DNA of 61,595 bases, the filler included, from Candidatus Omnitrophota bacterium (GTDB lineage Bacteria > Omnitrophota > Gorgyraeia > Zapsychrales > JBDRMG01): the NCBI GenBank assembly GCA_043812495.1. It is 5 parts of 5 records of this genome, joined end to end, with 100 filler letters (N's around TTAATTAATTAA, not from the genome) between each part and the next. Parts side by side here need not be neighbours in the genome. Positions count along the whole stretch, not along the records: positions 1 to 16,661 come from JBDRMG010000050.1; 4 more parts are not named here. One strand, written 5' to 3'. The number at the start of each line of letters is the position of its first letter. Position 1 is the first letter of the stretch. A program made the translations under genes and the position numbers. Positions 1 to 9,523 of this stretch are shown here, piece after piece. The notes under the pieces are model-generated. The model saw only the letters and a list, made by a program, of their open reading frames with translations, did no database searches and was not told the DNA's origin.

Positions 1-2
1 AG

Positions 3-110
3 AAAATACAAGTTTGGATGAATAATTATCCTAGAAAAAAGTTAAATTATTGGACTGCCAATCAAATTGCTGAAAAATGCTTACAAATTAACAGAAAGAC
101 GAGGGCTTAA
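3..110 (+). mobile_element. C-terminus of IS30-family transposase (truncated by window start)
   Basis: Frame from pos 3 reads KIQVWMNNYPRKKLNYWTANQI...RA*, matching the IS30 C-terminal NxxPRKxLxY motif. Confidence 0.7.
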
Positions 111-139
111 TTTTGTCTCACTTTAGATTGCAATCCACC
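111..139 (+). mobile_element. Putative right terminal inverted repeat of IS30-family element
   Basis: TGTCTCACTTTAGATTGCAATCCACC directly after the transposase stop resembles IS30-family ends; the partner end is not in the window. Confidence 0.5.
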
Positions 140-142
140 GCC

Positions 143-1489
143 TTATGCCTTGGAGCGTAATTCTTTGAGTCTTTGACGAATTATTTTTTCCTGGCCCGAA
201 TCCGTTGGCTGATAATAGGATGCCTTATTGGGCATGTAGTCTTGCTCGACATAGTGGCCTTCAAAATTATGCGCATATTTATAATCTTTCCCGTGGCCGA
301 GTTTTTCGGCTCCGGAATAGGACGCGTCTTTTAAGTGCACCGGCACTTCTTGTGTTTTCTTATTCTTAACATCCTGCAAGGCCTTTTCCAGGCCCATATA
401 GGATGCATTGGATTTTGGCGCGCATGCCACATAGACGGCGGCCTGGGCCAAAGGAATGCGGGCTTCCGGAAGTCCAACAAATTCAGATACTTGCAACGCT
501 GCGCTAGCCAGGCAAAGGGCCTGAGGATCCGCATTTCCGACATCCTCTGCCGCGCAGATACAAATCCTGCGGGCAATAAATCGGTGGTCTTCGCCCGCAT
601 AAAGCATTTTCGCGAGCCAATAGAGCGTGGCATCGGGGTCAGAGCCTCGCATGGATTTGATGAAAGCCGAAGCCGTATCGTAATGCGCATCACCGTCTCT
701 GTCGTAGTTGACCTGTTTTTTTTGAATCGATTCTTGCGCGACGTCTAAAGTAAAATGAATCGTTTCTTTGTTGTCTTTGGGCGTAGTCATGACGCCGATT
801 TCAAGAGCATTGAGGGCGCGCCGGGCATCCCCATCGCAGATATCAGCTAAAAATTCCACAGCCTTTGTTTCCGTTTGAATCGGCAAATCGCCCAGCCCCC
901 GCTCTTTGTCTTTAAGCGCCCGGTGGATAAGAAGAGAAATTTCTTGGGATGATAAAGGTTTGAGTTCAAAAACGAGCGAGCGGGACAAAAGCGGCCCGGT
1001 GAGAGAAAAAAACGGGTTGAATACGGTCGCGCCGATGAGGACGACATGCCCTTCTTCCAAGTCCGGCATCATCACATCCTGCTGGGCTTTATTAAACCGG
1101 TGGATCTCGTCAATAAAAAGAATGGTCTTGCGCCCGGTTGAAAGGAAACGGTTTTTGCTTGCCGCCATCAGGCGTCTTAGTTCATCCACGTTTGAGGAAA
1201 CGGCGTTGATGCGGTCAAAGTGGGCTTGGGTTTTTTGGCTGATGCAATGTGCAAGCGTCGTCTTTCCGCTTCCCGGCGGCCCGTAAAGGATGAGGGAGTT
1301 GATGCGATCGGCCTCAATAGCGCGCGTTAATAATTTTCCTTTACCTAAAATATGCTCTTGCCCGACGAATTCCTCCAGAGATTGCGGCCGCATGCGCACG
1401 CTCAAAGGGGCTTTGAGGAAATTTTCTTCGGCTTGGATGTCGGAAAAGAGGTTTTCGCTTGAAAGGGAAGGAATGGGTTTTTTCTTCAT
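143..1489 (-). CDS. rarA: Replication-associated recombination protein A (AAA+ ATPase)
   Basis: GPPGSGKTT Walker A, LFIDEIHRFNKAQQD, SAFIKSMRGSDPDA. Confidence 0.95.
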   Translation of the reverse strand: MKKKPIPSLSSENLFSDIQAEENFLKAPLSVRMRPQSLEEFVGQEHILGKGKLLTRAIEADRINSLILYGPPGSGKTTLAHCISQKTQAHFDRINAVSSNVDELRRLMAASKNRFLSTGRKTILFIDEIHRFNKAQQDVMMPDLEEGHVVLIGATVFNPFFSLTGPLLSRSLVFELKPLSSQEISLLIHRALKDKERGLGDLPIQTETKAVEFLADICDGDARRALNALEIGVMTTPKDNKETIHFTLDVAQESIQKKQVNYDRDGDAHYDTASAFIKSMRGSDPDATLYWLAKMLYAGEDHRFIARRICICAAEDVGNADPQALCLASAALQVSEFVGLPEARIPLAQAAVYVACAPKSNASYMGLEKALQDVKNKKTQEVPVHLKDASYSGAEKLGHGKDYKYAHNFEGHYVEQDYMPNKASYYQPTDSGQEKIIRQRLKELRSKA

Positions 1490-1504
1490 GATGGGTGATG
1501 AATC

Positions 1505-1597
1505 CTAAAAAGTTTGTCTTACCCCCACACCAACTTATTACAAGTAAGTTGGTGTGGGGGTTAATTCGCCCGCCATTGAATTAGTGGCGGACTCATT
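1505..1597 (-). repeat. AATGAG/CGAATT two-hairpin intergenic element, copy A
   Basis: Minus strand AATGAG-hairpin-CGAATTAA-CCCCCACACCAACTT..AAGTTGGTGTGGGGG-TAAGACAAAC. Confidence 0.8.
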
Positions 1598-1600
1598 AAA

Positions 1601-1757
1601 ATCCCCGCACCGCCGTCGGAAGAGCATTACATGAACCCGTATTAAACGTGGGTACCATCTCCGACTGCCCACAGGCAAGCCAGAAGTGAAGCGCCCTTTT
1701 ATACTGTGTTGGTTCAGTATATTTTTCCCCGACGCGCTTAGCAGGGATTATATTCAA
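1601..1757 (-). ncRNA. ssrS: 6S RNA
   Basis: Long rod with pairing ends (ATCCCTGC/GCGGGGAT, GTCGGGGA/TCTTCCGAC, TGAACC/GGTTCA) and a central bubble; located downstream of pheT; preceded by TTGCGG..TGCTAGAAT promoter. Confidence 0.75.
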
Positions 1758-1806
1758 AATCATTCTAGCACGCGGCCTCAGAGCCCGCAATCACTTTGGC
1801 GTCTTT

Positions 1807-3831
1807 TTAGCGCTGGATGGCGCCAAGCTCATTTTTCAAAGCCTGGCAAATGTCTTGGTAATTCCGATTCACTTCGTCTTCCTGAAGGGTTCGTTCACTC
1901 GATTGGTACAGAAGCGAAATGGTCATGCCGCGTTGGCGGTCGGAAATTTTCTCACCCAAATATTGCTCCACAAAGCGAATGGATGTTAAGAATTCCGAGC
2001 CTCGTCGGGAAATGATCTCTTTGATCTGATTGAAAGAAATATCTTTTTGGACGGCCAGGCTGATATCGCGCGCAATCGACGGAAATTGGGGGATAGGTGC
2101 GTAGCGTTTGTCCCGGCAAGCCTTTTCGTAAAGTGTACGGGCACGCATCTCGGCATAATAAATGCCCTTTTGCTTGATATCCCACTGCGACAAAATCTCT
2201 TGATTGATGGGGCCAAGCTCGCCAATCTTTTTCCCGTCAAGAAGAATGTGAGTGCCTTGACCTTCTTCAAAAATGTCATGCGGATTGTTTGCAAATTCAA
2301 GATCTTCGCAACCGAGTCTTTTGGCCGTTTCCTGGATCACACCTTTGATGTCAAAGAAATCAGTGCGTTCTTTATCTCTCCAACTTTGCGAGCGTTGTCC
2401 GGCCATGAGAATGGCAATAACGTCTTGTTCGCCCGCCGGGCCATAAATTTTTCCTGTTTCAAAGAAAGCGAGGTCTTTTTGCCCTTTGTTAATATTAGTC
2501 TGCGCGAGCGATAAAAAGCCCGGCAAAAGCGTAGGCCGCATGATTTCCTGGTCCTTGGACAAAGGGTTTTTCACTTTGACAACGTCTTTGGGTTTTTGTT
2601 TGGCTTTGAGCAAGCTTTCCGGATTGATCATCGCGTAGGTAATGGCTTCATTCAATCCTTGCGCGCACAGGCTTTCGCGAATAATTTTGCGAAGGGCTCT
2701 GTTTCGGTCCGGCGGTATGCCGGTCGCTTTCACCAAAGGAAGGCTCACCGGCAACCGGTCATATCCGATGATACGGGCGATTTCTTCGAGCACATCAACG
2801 ACTTGCTTGATGTCTTCGCGAAACGAGGGCGGCATTATCTTCAAAGAATCTTTTTTTGATGAACTGATTTTAAAACCTAACTTCACTAAAATGGATTTTA
2901 TTCTTTGGGGAGGAAGTTTTACCCCTAAAAATGTATTCACTTGTTTCAGGGAAAGCGTAAGGGCGGATTTTGATGTCTTGGATTTTCTCGGAAAAACATC
3001 CGCACAAGATTGAATTTGCCCGCCCGCATATTCCTGGATCAAAGACAAGGCCCGATGTGCCCCTGTCTTGACTGTCTCCATATCCACCCCGCGCTCAAAG
3101 CGGTAGGACGAATCGCTTGATAGCCCAAGTACGCGGCTTGCCCGACGTATGAGTATGGGGTCAAAGTACGCGCTTTCTAAAAGGATATTCTTTGTGCTCT
3201 CGGTGACTTCTGTTTCTTTTCCGCCCATGATGCCGGCAATGGCGACAGGCCTTTTTGCATCGGCAATAATGAGAATGGACGTGTCCAATTTTCTTTCTTC
3301 ACCGTCGATCGTCACAATGGTTTCGCCCTGTCTTGCACGGCGGACAATAATCTTACCGCCAATGAGCTTATCATAATCAAACGCATGCATAGGCTGGCCT
3401 GTTTCCAAAAGACAAAAGTTGGTGATGTCCACAATGTTGTTGACCGAACGCAGGCCCAGGCGGAAAATCATTTGAGCGATTTTTGAAGGCGATTCTTTCG
3501 CGGATATGTTTTGAACAACGACCCCGATATAGCGGCGGCAATCGTTTTTGTCCTCGATTGTTATGTCTGCTTTTTTGGTCGGGATTTTGAGTTTTTTGAT
3601 TTTCGGTGGTTTGAGGGTTTTGTTGAGAATCGCGGATATTTCGCGAGCGATGCCAAGATGGCTCAAGCAATCCGGCCGGTTGGGCGTGATTTCCATTTCG
3701 AAAACCGCATCGCCGTCCACGTTCTCGATCTTCTCGACTTCCAGGCCGGCCATGGTCAGCCGATGGGCCAGGGCCTCGGGAGGCGTTGAAATCGGAACAT
3801 AATTTCTGAGCCAGTCTAAAGAAATTTTCAT
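1807..3831 (-). CDS. pheT: Phenylalanyl-tRNA synthetase beta subunit (lacks the B2 OB-fold)
   Basis: MKISLDWL start, ITPNRPDCLS, RFERGVD, C-terminal anticodon-binding domain. Confidence 0.95.
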   Translation of the reverse strand: MKISLDWLRNYVPISTPPEALAHRLTMAGLEVEKIENVDGDAVFEMEITPNRPDCLSHLGIAREISAILNKTLKPPKIKKLKIPTKKADITIEDKNDCRRYIGVVVQNISAKESPSKIAQMIFRLGLRSVNNIVDITNFCLLETGQPMHAFDYDKLIGGKIIVRRARQGETIVTIDGEERKLDTSILIIADAKRPVAIAGIMGGKETEVTESTKNILLESAYFDPILIRRASRVLGLSSDSSYRFERGVDMETVKTGAHRALSLIQEYAGGQIQSCADVFPRKSKTSKSALTLSLKQVNTFLGVKLPPQRIKSILVKLGFKISSSKKDSLKIMPPSFREDIKQVVDVLEEIARIIGYDRLPVSLPLVKATGIPPDRNRALRKIIRESLCAQGLNEAITYAMINPESLLKAKQKPKDVVKVKNPLSKDQEIMRPTLLPGFLSLAQTNINKGQKDLAFFETGKIYGPAGEQDVIAILMAGQRSQSWRDKERTDFFDIKGVIQETAKRLGCEDLEFANNPHDIFEEGQGTHILLDGKKIGELGPINQEILSQWDIKQKGIYYAEMRARTLYEKACRDKRYAPIPQFPSIARDISLAVQKDISFNQIKEIISRRGSEFLTSIRFVEQYLGEKISDRQRGMTISLLYQSSERTLQEDEVNRNYQDICQALKNELGAIQR

Positions 3832-4307
3832 TTATGTGGTCTTATTCTAATAACAGTTTTTTTAATGTGGGCTATTTTTTTTAAGGTAGTTACGTCTTCG
3901 AGATCTATGCTTCTTGCGACAGCCTGTTTAGATATAATAAGATCAGATAAGCTGATAACAGATAAACGCACGCCTTTAATCCGCTTTATTTTCCTATTTT
4001 TCCATGCTTTCTTAAAACTTAATCCTTTAATCTCTGTTAATATATCCAAACGAACATAATCTTTGAATATGTTGACTTCATTTTTAAGAATCTTTTCAGC
4101 TGTTGTTAGGCTAGCTGTGACAAAATGTGCCGCTTTTAGTGCAGCTATCAACTTCCGACAATTTTCGATTTCTGGCTCAATCAATACATCCGTGTCTTTT
4201 GTTAATCGAGGAGAACCATATAAAATCGCAGCCATTCCTCCGATCAATACATATCTTACCCTATGTTTGTTTAAGTACCTGTATACGTTTAAATCCCTCT
4301 CGTCCAT
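3828..4307 (-). CDS. Minimal nucleotidyltransferase-like protein
   Basis: YVLIGGMAAILYGSPRLTKDTD (GG..R.T.D.D) and K....R..DLED motifs. Confidence 0.75.
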   Translation of the reverse strand: MDERDLNVYRYLNKHRVRYVLIGGMAAILYGSPRLTKDTDVLIEPEIENCRKLIAALKAAHFVTASLTTAEKILKNEVNIFKDYVRLDILTEIKGLSFKKAWKNRKIKRIKGVRLSVISLSDLIISKQAVARSIDLEDVTTLKKIAHIKKTVIRIRPHK

Positions 4308-4458
4308 AAAGTCTCCTGTGATTTCTCTCTAAGATTCTAGCCAGCTCTCCTTTGGCTAAGCCATAGGAATACCTCTCTGCTAAAGATAAAGAAAGCATCC
4401 ATTTAATTTTTGCTTCTAATGTTTCGTGTTGGAAGCCGTATTGAATGCACTTTTTCAT
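4261..4458 (-). CDS. Small hypothetical protein paired with the nucleotidyltransferase
   Basis: 65-aa ORF overlapping the start of the NTase; W..LS..ER pattern is common in such partners. Confidence 0.55.
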   Translation of the reverse strand: MKKCIQYGFQHETLEAKIKWMLSLSLAERYSYGLAKGELARILERNHRRLYGREGFKRIQVLKQT

Positions 4459-4577
4459 TGTCTGGATTTGATTACAGCGGTTATGACATTTAAGTAATTA
4501 TAAACAATTAAGCGGGAATATTTTAACTCAAAGACGGACGATTGACCAGGAAATATTTACGGAGATATTAAGCGGAG

Positions 4578-4621
4578 ATATTAAGCGGGCTTTTTCCTTT
4601 AGGAAAAAGCCCGCTTAATAT
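4578..4621. terminator. Perfect 20-bp hairpin (terminator or REP-like)
   Basis: ATATTAAGCGGGCTTTTTCC-TTTA-GGAAAAAGCCCGCTTAATAT downstream of the adhesin-like gene. Confidence 0.5.
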
Positions 4622-4642
4622 ATTTCCATCCGGCCTATTCAA

Positions 4643-6151
4643 TTAAGGTGCCAATTGTTTTGTCGGTCCCGTTACTCCTCCTTCGGTTATTTTCACCATA
4701 AGCTGTCCGAAAGAATTCAGCCATATTACAGCTGAATTGTCGTCCGGGTCCAGCGGATCCGCCGTAAGCTTTCGCAGCGTCAGCGCGCCATTGACATCAA
4801 GCGCCGTATCAGGATCCTCTAAATTAATACCAGCCCGCCCCGTACTGCCTCTTGGAAAGATAAGAAAGGCATCCGGTGTTGAGATATCGGCATCTGTGCT
4901 CGCGTATCCCCAGACAAAGGTATGGTCCGCGTTGGCATCGAGCTGCATCCGATAACCCCCGGCCCATGAATAGTCTCCCGCCGAAATATTATATTCACCG
5001 CCGGAAACGGTTGATCCGACGCCCGAAGCCGTATTGGAGTGTCCGCCGACCACAGTGGCCTTGGCCACCGTCGCTGAATTGCTTTCACCTGAAAGAACGC
5101 CAGAATTAAGGCCGCTTGCGGTATTTTGAAATCCTCCGGCAACAACAGCATATGTATTGCTGGCAACATTTGTATATCCTCCGGATACAGTTGAATAATC
5201 GCCGCCCGCTGTATGCGTAAGCCCACCACCAATGGCTGAGTAATCTCCTGTGGCTTGGTGGCCGCAATTCATGCAGAGATCATTGCCGCCGCCGCCGATA
5301 AACGAGAGTTTTCCGATAGCTGTATTATTTGCCCCGCCGGCAATCGCTGCATAGTCTCCATTGGCAAAATTAATGGTACCGCCGCCAACCGTAGCGCCTG
5401 TATTGAATGCTTGGTTGATCGAGCCTCCGCCAATGGTTGAATAGTCACCTCTGGCGGAATTCCCCCAGCCGCCGCCAACCGTAGCGCCCACTCCGCTTCC
5501 AGCCGCACCTCCCGGAACATTTCCAGCCACGTTACCGGCACCACCGCTCACTGCGGAAGAATCCCCCAAGGCCTGATTGTTCATCCCGCCAAAAGCAACG
5601 GAATGACTTCCTATGTTGGCATTATCCCACCAGCCGGCATTTGATTCACCTGCGCGAATAGATGCTTTTCGGGGATACCAGATAAATTTCGCCCCGGCCG
5701 GAGTCGCGGGAAGCGTCGCTCCGCTACCCACGGTTCCTTTTGCATAAATCCCTCCATCGCCCTCAATTGTTAGTTTAAATTCCGGCGTCGAGGTACCGAT
5801 ACCAACAAAATCATTGGGAGCTGATGTGTATAAATAACCGCTGACATCGTCCCGATTCCAATAATCGGCGCTAATCGTTTCAAACTGAATAGTGCCAAAA
5901 CCATCGTCTTCGCAAACTTTTACAACATTCTCCGCCTTATCATAGTAGAGTGTACCCAAATCGCTGACGGCGGAACACGAGGGTATTTCCGTTGGCACAG
6001 CTGTCGCATCCCGCGGAACAAGCTTAAGGGCCGCATACCCGCCGAAAGGCGCGGGATAGTAGGTTGATAGCGTTAACGTCTGCTGGGCGTCCGCCGGCAA
6101 GGGAATTCCCAAGAAAATAATGGCAAGGAAAAAGATAATGGTGTTTTTCAT
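4643..6151 (-). CDS. Secreted Gly-rich beta-repeat adhesin/fibre-like protein with TLSTYYPAP N-terminal motif
   Basis: GGAGG SD before MKNTIIFF, signal peptide, VGIGTSTP motif, repeated ATVGGG.N.A.G units. Confidence 0.75.
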   Translation of the reverse strand: MKNTIIFFLAIIFLGIPLPADAQQTLTLSTYYPAPFGGYAALKLVPRDATAVPTEIPSCSAVSDLGTLYYDKAENVVKVCEDDGFGTIQFETISADYWNRDDVSGYLYTSAPNDFVGIGTSTPEFKLTIEGDGGIYAKGTVGSGATLPATPAGAKFIWYPRKASIRAGESNAGWWDNANIGSHSVAFGGMNNQALGDSSAVSGGAGNVAGNVPGGAAGSGVGATVGGGWGNSARGDYSTIGGGSINQAFNTGATVGGGTINFANGDYAAIAGGANNTAIGKLSFIGGGGNDLCMNCGHQATGDYSAIGGGLTHTAGGDYSTVSGGYTNVASNTYAVVAGGFQNTASGLNSGVLSGESNSATVAKATVVGGHSNTASGVGSTVSGGEYNISAGDYSWAGGYRMQLDANADHTFVWGYASTDADISTPDAFLIFPRGSTGRAGINLEDPDTALDVNGALTLRKLTADPLDPDDNSAVIWLNSFGQLMVKITEGGVTGPTKQLAP

Positions 6152-6168
6152 TTCAATCGCCTCCTTGT

Positions 6169-6266
6169 AATGAGCCCGCCACTGGTTCAATGGCGGGCGA
6201 ATTAACCACCCACCACTTTTCGAAAAAGTGGTGGGTGGTAAAAGCAAATACAAAAATCCTATTTCC
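6169..6266 (+). repeat. AATGAG/CGAATT element, copy B
   Basis: AATGAG-CCCGCCA..TGGCGGG-CGAATTAA-CCACCCACC..GGTGGGTGG-TAAAAGCAAATAC. Confidence 0.85.
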
Positions 6267-6458
6267 GCTGAAATATCTCAAGCTCTATTATAAAACAAAA
6301 AAGCGGTTGATGAAAATATCTTTTTCTTAAGACTATGGATTGAGGAATGACCCCGGCATCGTTCCTTAAATACATTATCGACGCTGATCCGCTTCTACAA
6401 TAAAACAATCAAGACAAAAAAGCTTACTTAAGATAACTCATTCAGTGACTCAAATATC

Positions 6459-8015
6459 CTAATTACACCGATAACAGGTGCGGACTCGGTTTATAAGTGG
6501 AGTTGATCCAGGCCCTGGTGGTGGAATAAATGCACCTGCCACTTCATTTTTAAAATCTGCCTCAATCCAACCATTAGCAATAGGACAAGCCGCAGGATTT
6601 ACGCCGTCACTTCGTAAATACATTACAGCGCATTTTCTATCAGTCACGCAAGTACGAACTCTGTTCAAGTATACATCTCCGTCCTCACCAGCTGCTGCTT
6701 CATTTTTAATATCTACCTCTGCCCAACCAGCAGCAGGACAAGCCGCAGGATTTACGCCGTCACTTCGCAAATACATTACAGCGCCTCCGCCGCCTATGCA
6801 TCCGGTGCTATCGCAAATTGTGCCCGAGGCAATAATATTTCCATTAACATCCAATGCTTCTGCCGGAGTCGTTGTTCCAATCCCTACGTTGACGGCATTG
6901 GCGCCGGTTCCTCCTAAGGCCATGGAATTGCTCGCGCCGACTTGGGCTTGAGAACCAATGGCGATGGCGTTAATTAAATTATTTGCTGTGGGCTGGGCAT
7001 TGTGGCCAACAAAAACATTATCCGCGCCTGATACGTTTTGCTCGCCTGCCGTAAAACCAATACCCACATTATTGCCTCCTGTGGTTTGACGCAGAGCGCC
7101 TGAGCCAACCGCCGTATTAAATTGACCCGTTGTATTATCCTCTATGGTGGCGCTACCAACAGCCACATTGTTCACTCCTGTTGTGTTTGAGCCTAAAGCA
7201 CCTGCGCCGACCGCTGTATTTATCCCTCCTGTGGTATTGTTTTGGAGAGTAAGAATTCCTATGGCTGTATTGGCATTTCCTGCTGTATTCGAGTTCAAAG
7301 CGTTCTCGCCTATAGCTACGTTTTGATCACCATCTATGTTAGAACGCAGGCTCATAGAGCCTATAGCGGTATTACTGAAGCCAGTGGTATTATTTTCAAG
7401 AGCCGATGCGCCTATGGCCGTGTTGTTATCGCCAGATGTGTGATTCATCAGGGCTCTGGAGCCAACCGCTGTGTTGGCTATGCCAGCCAACGTTAAATTA
7501 CCTGCGTTCAGGCCAAGAAACGTATTCCAGTTTCCAGCGCTATGCATGAATAAATTAGTACCTTGCAGGATGGCACCGCCCGTTGCGGAGGTGGCAGGGA
7601 TCCGAATATTACCGTTAACTTCAAGCGCTTCCTGCGGATTATTCGTGCCAATGCCGATAAAGTCGGTGATGGTCCCGGGAAATAAGAATCCTGAAGCGTT
7701 ATTGCGACTCCAAAAACCCGTACCCCCTCCGCCTGCCGGTGTCCATTTCGCATTACCGGTTCCGTCGTTTTCGCAAATATATAAGATCCCCGGCGTTGCG
7801 GCATCAGGGCCTTCTTCATAAAAAAGCGTTCCCCACTCATTGGAGCCTGAGCATGTCGGCCGCGTCCCCAATGGCCAAGCAACGAGTTTAACCTGACTGT
7901 AGGAACCCGCGGGTGACGGATAATAGGTCGTAAGCGTCATAGTCTCCTGCGCAAAGGCAAGCGGAATGAAGATGCTAAAAGCTAAAATCATTAAAGAAAA
8001 ATTTATTTTTTTCAT
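6459..8015 (-). CDS. Secreted beta-repeat adhesin/fibre-like protein with TLTTYYPSP motif and duplicated Cys-rich C-terminal module
   Basis: Signal peptide, NTAIG..AL..NTTG repeats, VGIGTTTP, two AVMYLRSDGVNPAACP...NRVRTC units. Confidence 0.75.
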   Translation of the reverse strand: MKKINFSLMILAFSIFIPLAFAQETMTLTTYYPSPAGSYSQVKLVAWPLGTRPTCSGSNEWGTLFYEEGPDAATPGILYICENDGTGNAKWTPAGGGGTGFWSRNNASGFLFPGTITDFIGIGTNNPQEALEVNGNIRIPATSATGGAILQGTNLFMHSAGNWNTFLGLNAGNLTLAGIANTAVGSRALMNHTSGDNNTAIGASALENNTTGFSNTAIGSMSLRSNIDGDQNVAIGENALNSNTAGNANTAIGILTLQNNTTGGINTAVGAGALGSNTTGVNNVAVGSATIEDNTTGQFNTAVGSGALRQTTGGNNVGIGFTAGEQNVSGADNVFVGHNAQPTANNLINAIAIGSQAQVGASNSMALGGTGANAVNVGIGTTTPAEALDVNGNIIASGTICDSTGCIGGGGAVMYLRSDGVNPAACPAAGWAEVDIKNEAAAGEDGDVYLNRVRTCVTDRKCAVMYLRSDGVNPAACPIANGWIEADFKNEVAGAFIPPPGPGSTPLINRVRTCYRCN

Positions 8016-8229
8016 GATCCCCCCGGATTGATATATTTTTGAAGATAGGCCATTGATCTCTCTACTATAAAGTCTATTACATCATCCTGTTAAAGACAAT
8101 AGATATTGAAAAGAAAAAGGAAACGGTTGCTCAAATGCACAAATTGATAAATGCTGATTTTTGAGGATGTTAGAAAATTTAATTGGAATTCTTAAACAGA
8201 AAAAGGGATGATTCGGAGCGTGCAAAGCA

Positions 8230-9267
8230 TCAGAATTGCTCGGCAAAGCGTTTGTCGTTTTCGAAGAAAAAGCGGATGTCGTGAATGCCATGTTTGAGCA
8301 TGGCCATGCGCTCAACGCCCATGCCAAAGGCCAGGCCGGTGTATTTTCCCTTAGCATATCCGACATGTTCAAAGACTTTGGGGTGCACCATGCCGCAGCC
8401 GAGGATCTCCAGCCAGCCTTTGCGGCCGCAGACAGAGCAACCTTTACCGCCGCAGATATAGCAGGAGATATCCACTTCGGCGGACGGTTCGGTGAAGGGA
8501 AAAAAGTGCGGACGAAAACGCATCTTGATCTGCTCGCTAAAATACCGTTTGGCAAAAATGGTCAAAAGCCCTTTGAGGTCGGAGAATTTCACATCCTCGT
8601 CGACCAAAAGCCCTTCGATTTGATGGAACATAAACGAATGGCTCGCGTCCACGGCGTCGGGCCTGTAGACTTTGCCAGGCACCACAACGGCCAAAGGCGG
8701 TTTGTGTTCTTTCATGACGCGAATCTGTGCCGGTGAGGTATGGCTGCGCAATAACTGAAAGCGTCCTTTGGCGTGCGGATCCTCAAGATCAAGATAAAAC
8801 GTATCAAAGGCATCGCGCGAAGGGTGGTCTACGGGGATATTGAGCGCCGTAAAATTATTAAATTCGGTTTCGATTTCCGGGCCTTCGACGACCACGAAAC
8901 CGAGTTTTTCAAATATTTCGCAGATATCATCGATGGTTTTGGAAAGAATATGCGCGTGGCCCAAGGCGCGTGCGGTTCCGGGAATCGTTACGTCGATGGC
9001 GGGGCCGTTCTGCGCTTTCTGCGCGGACTGAATCTCTGCTTTTTTTCCCTCAATCGCTTGCGCAAGAAAATTCTTTAAATTATTGGCGCCCTTGCCGACG
9101 GCCGGCTTCTCGTCCGGCGAAAGTGATCCCAGGCTCGCATAAATCTCGGAGACGATACCTTTGCGACCCAAATATTTTATGCGAAAGGCTTCCAGGCCTT
9201 GCTCGTCGCTAACGCCTTGAATGCCGTCTTGCGCTTGTTGGTGGAGTTGTTGGAAGTTCCATTGCAT
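8230..9267 (-). CDS. pheS: Phenylalanyl-tRNA synthetase alpha subunit
   Basis: LRSHTSP, FHQIEGL, FPFTEPSAEVD, GLAFGMGVER. Confidence 0.97.
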   Translation of the reverse strand: MQWNFQQLHQQAQDGIQGVSDEQGLEAFRIKYLGRKGIVSEIYASLGSLSPDEKPAVGKGANNLKNFLAQAIEGKKAEIQSAQKAQNGPAIDVTIPGTARALGHAHILSKTIDDICEIFEKLGFVVVEGPEIETEFNNFTALNIPVDHPSRDAFDTFYLDLEDPHAKGRFQLLRSHTSPAQIRVMKEHKPPLAVVVPGKVYRPDAVDASHSFMFHQIEGLLVDEDVKFSDLKGLLTIFAKRYFSEQIKMRFRPHFFPFTEPSAEVDISCYICGGKGCSVCGRKGWLEILGCGMVHPKVFEHVGYAKGKYTGLAFGMGVERMAMLKHGIHDIRFFFENDKRFAEQF

Positions 9268-9304
9268 AATTTTAAATTGTACTATTTAATCATCAAATTT
9301 ACAA

Positions 9305-9507
9305 GTCTATTAAGGCAAGCAGGGCCGAAAAGGCTAATGGGGCAAAAAGGCATCAAGGCTAGTATGGCAGAAAGGCTATGAAAGGCACTGCTATTCTATA
9401 ATAATTTATTACCAAATTCCTTACGCCTTGTTAGCCTTAACGCCTTGATGGCATTCATAGACTTTTTGCCTTTAGTGCCGTGTTTGCCTTATCTGCCTTT
9501 AATAGAC
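9305..9507. repeat. Long imperfect inverted repeat built from short (A)AGGC / GCCT(T) units
   Basis: Outer arms GTCTATTAAGGCA / TGCCTTTAATAGAC; GGC recurs every ~9-10 nt in the left arm and GCC in the right arm. Confidence 0.6.
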
Positions 9508-9523
9508 ATGGCTTTTGTATTAT

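Noticed and set aside
1807..3831. Short PheT lacking the B2 domain, and ThrRS lacking TGS
   Set aside because: Known lineage-level variants; all catalytic motifs are intact.
6152..6253. N-terminal extensions in the ORF track (adhesin to 6253, trkH to 11017, GIY-YIG from 19597)
   Set aside because: They read through palindromic elements; downstream ATGs fit the family N-termini, and for the adhesin an SD and signal peptide.
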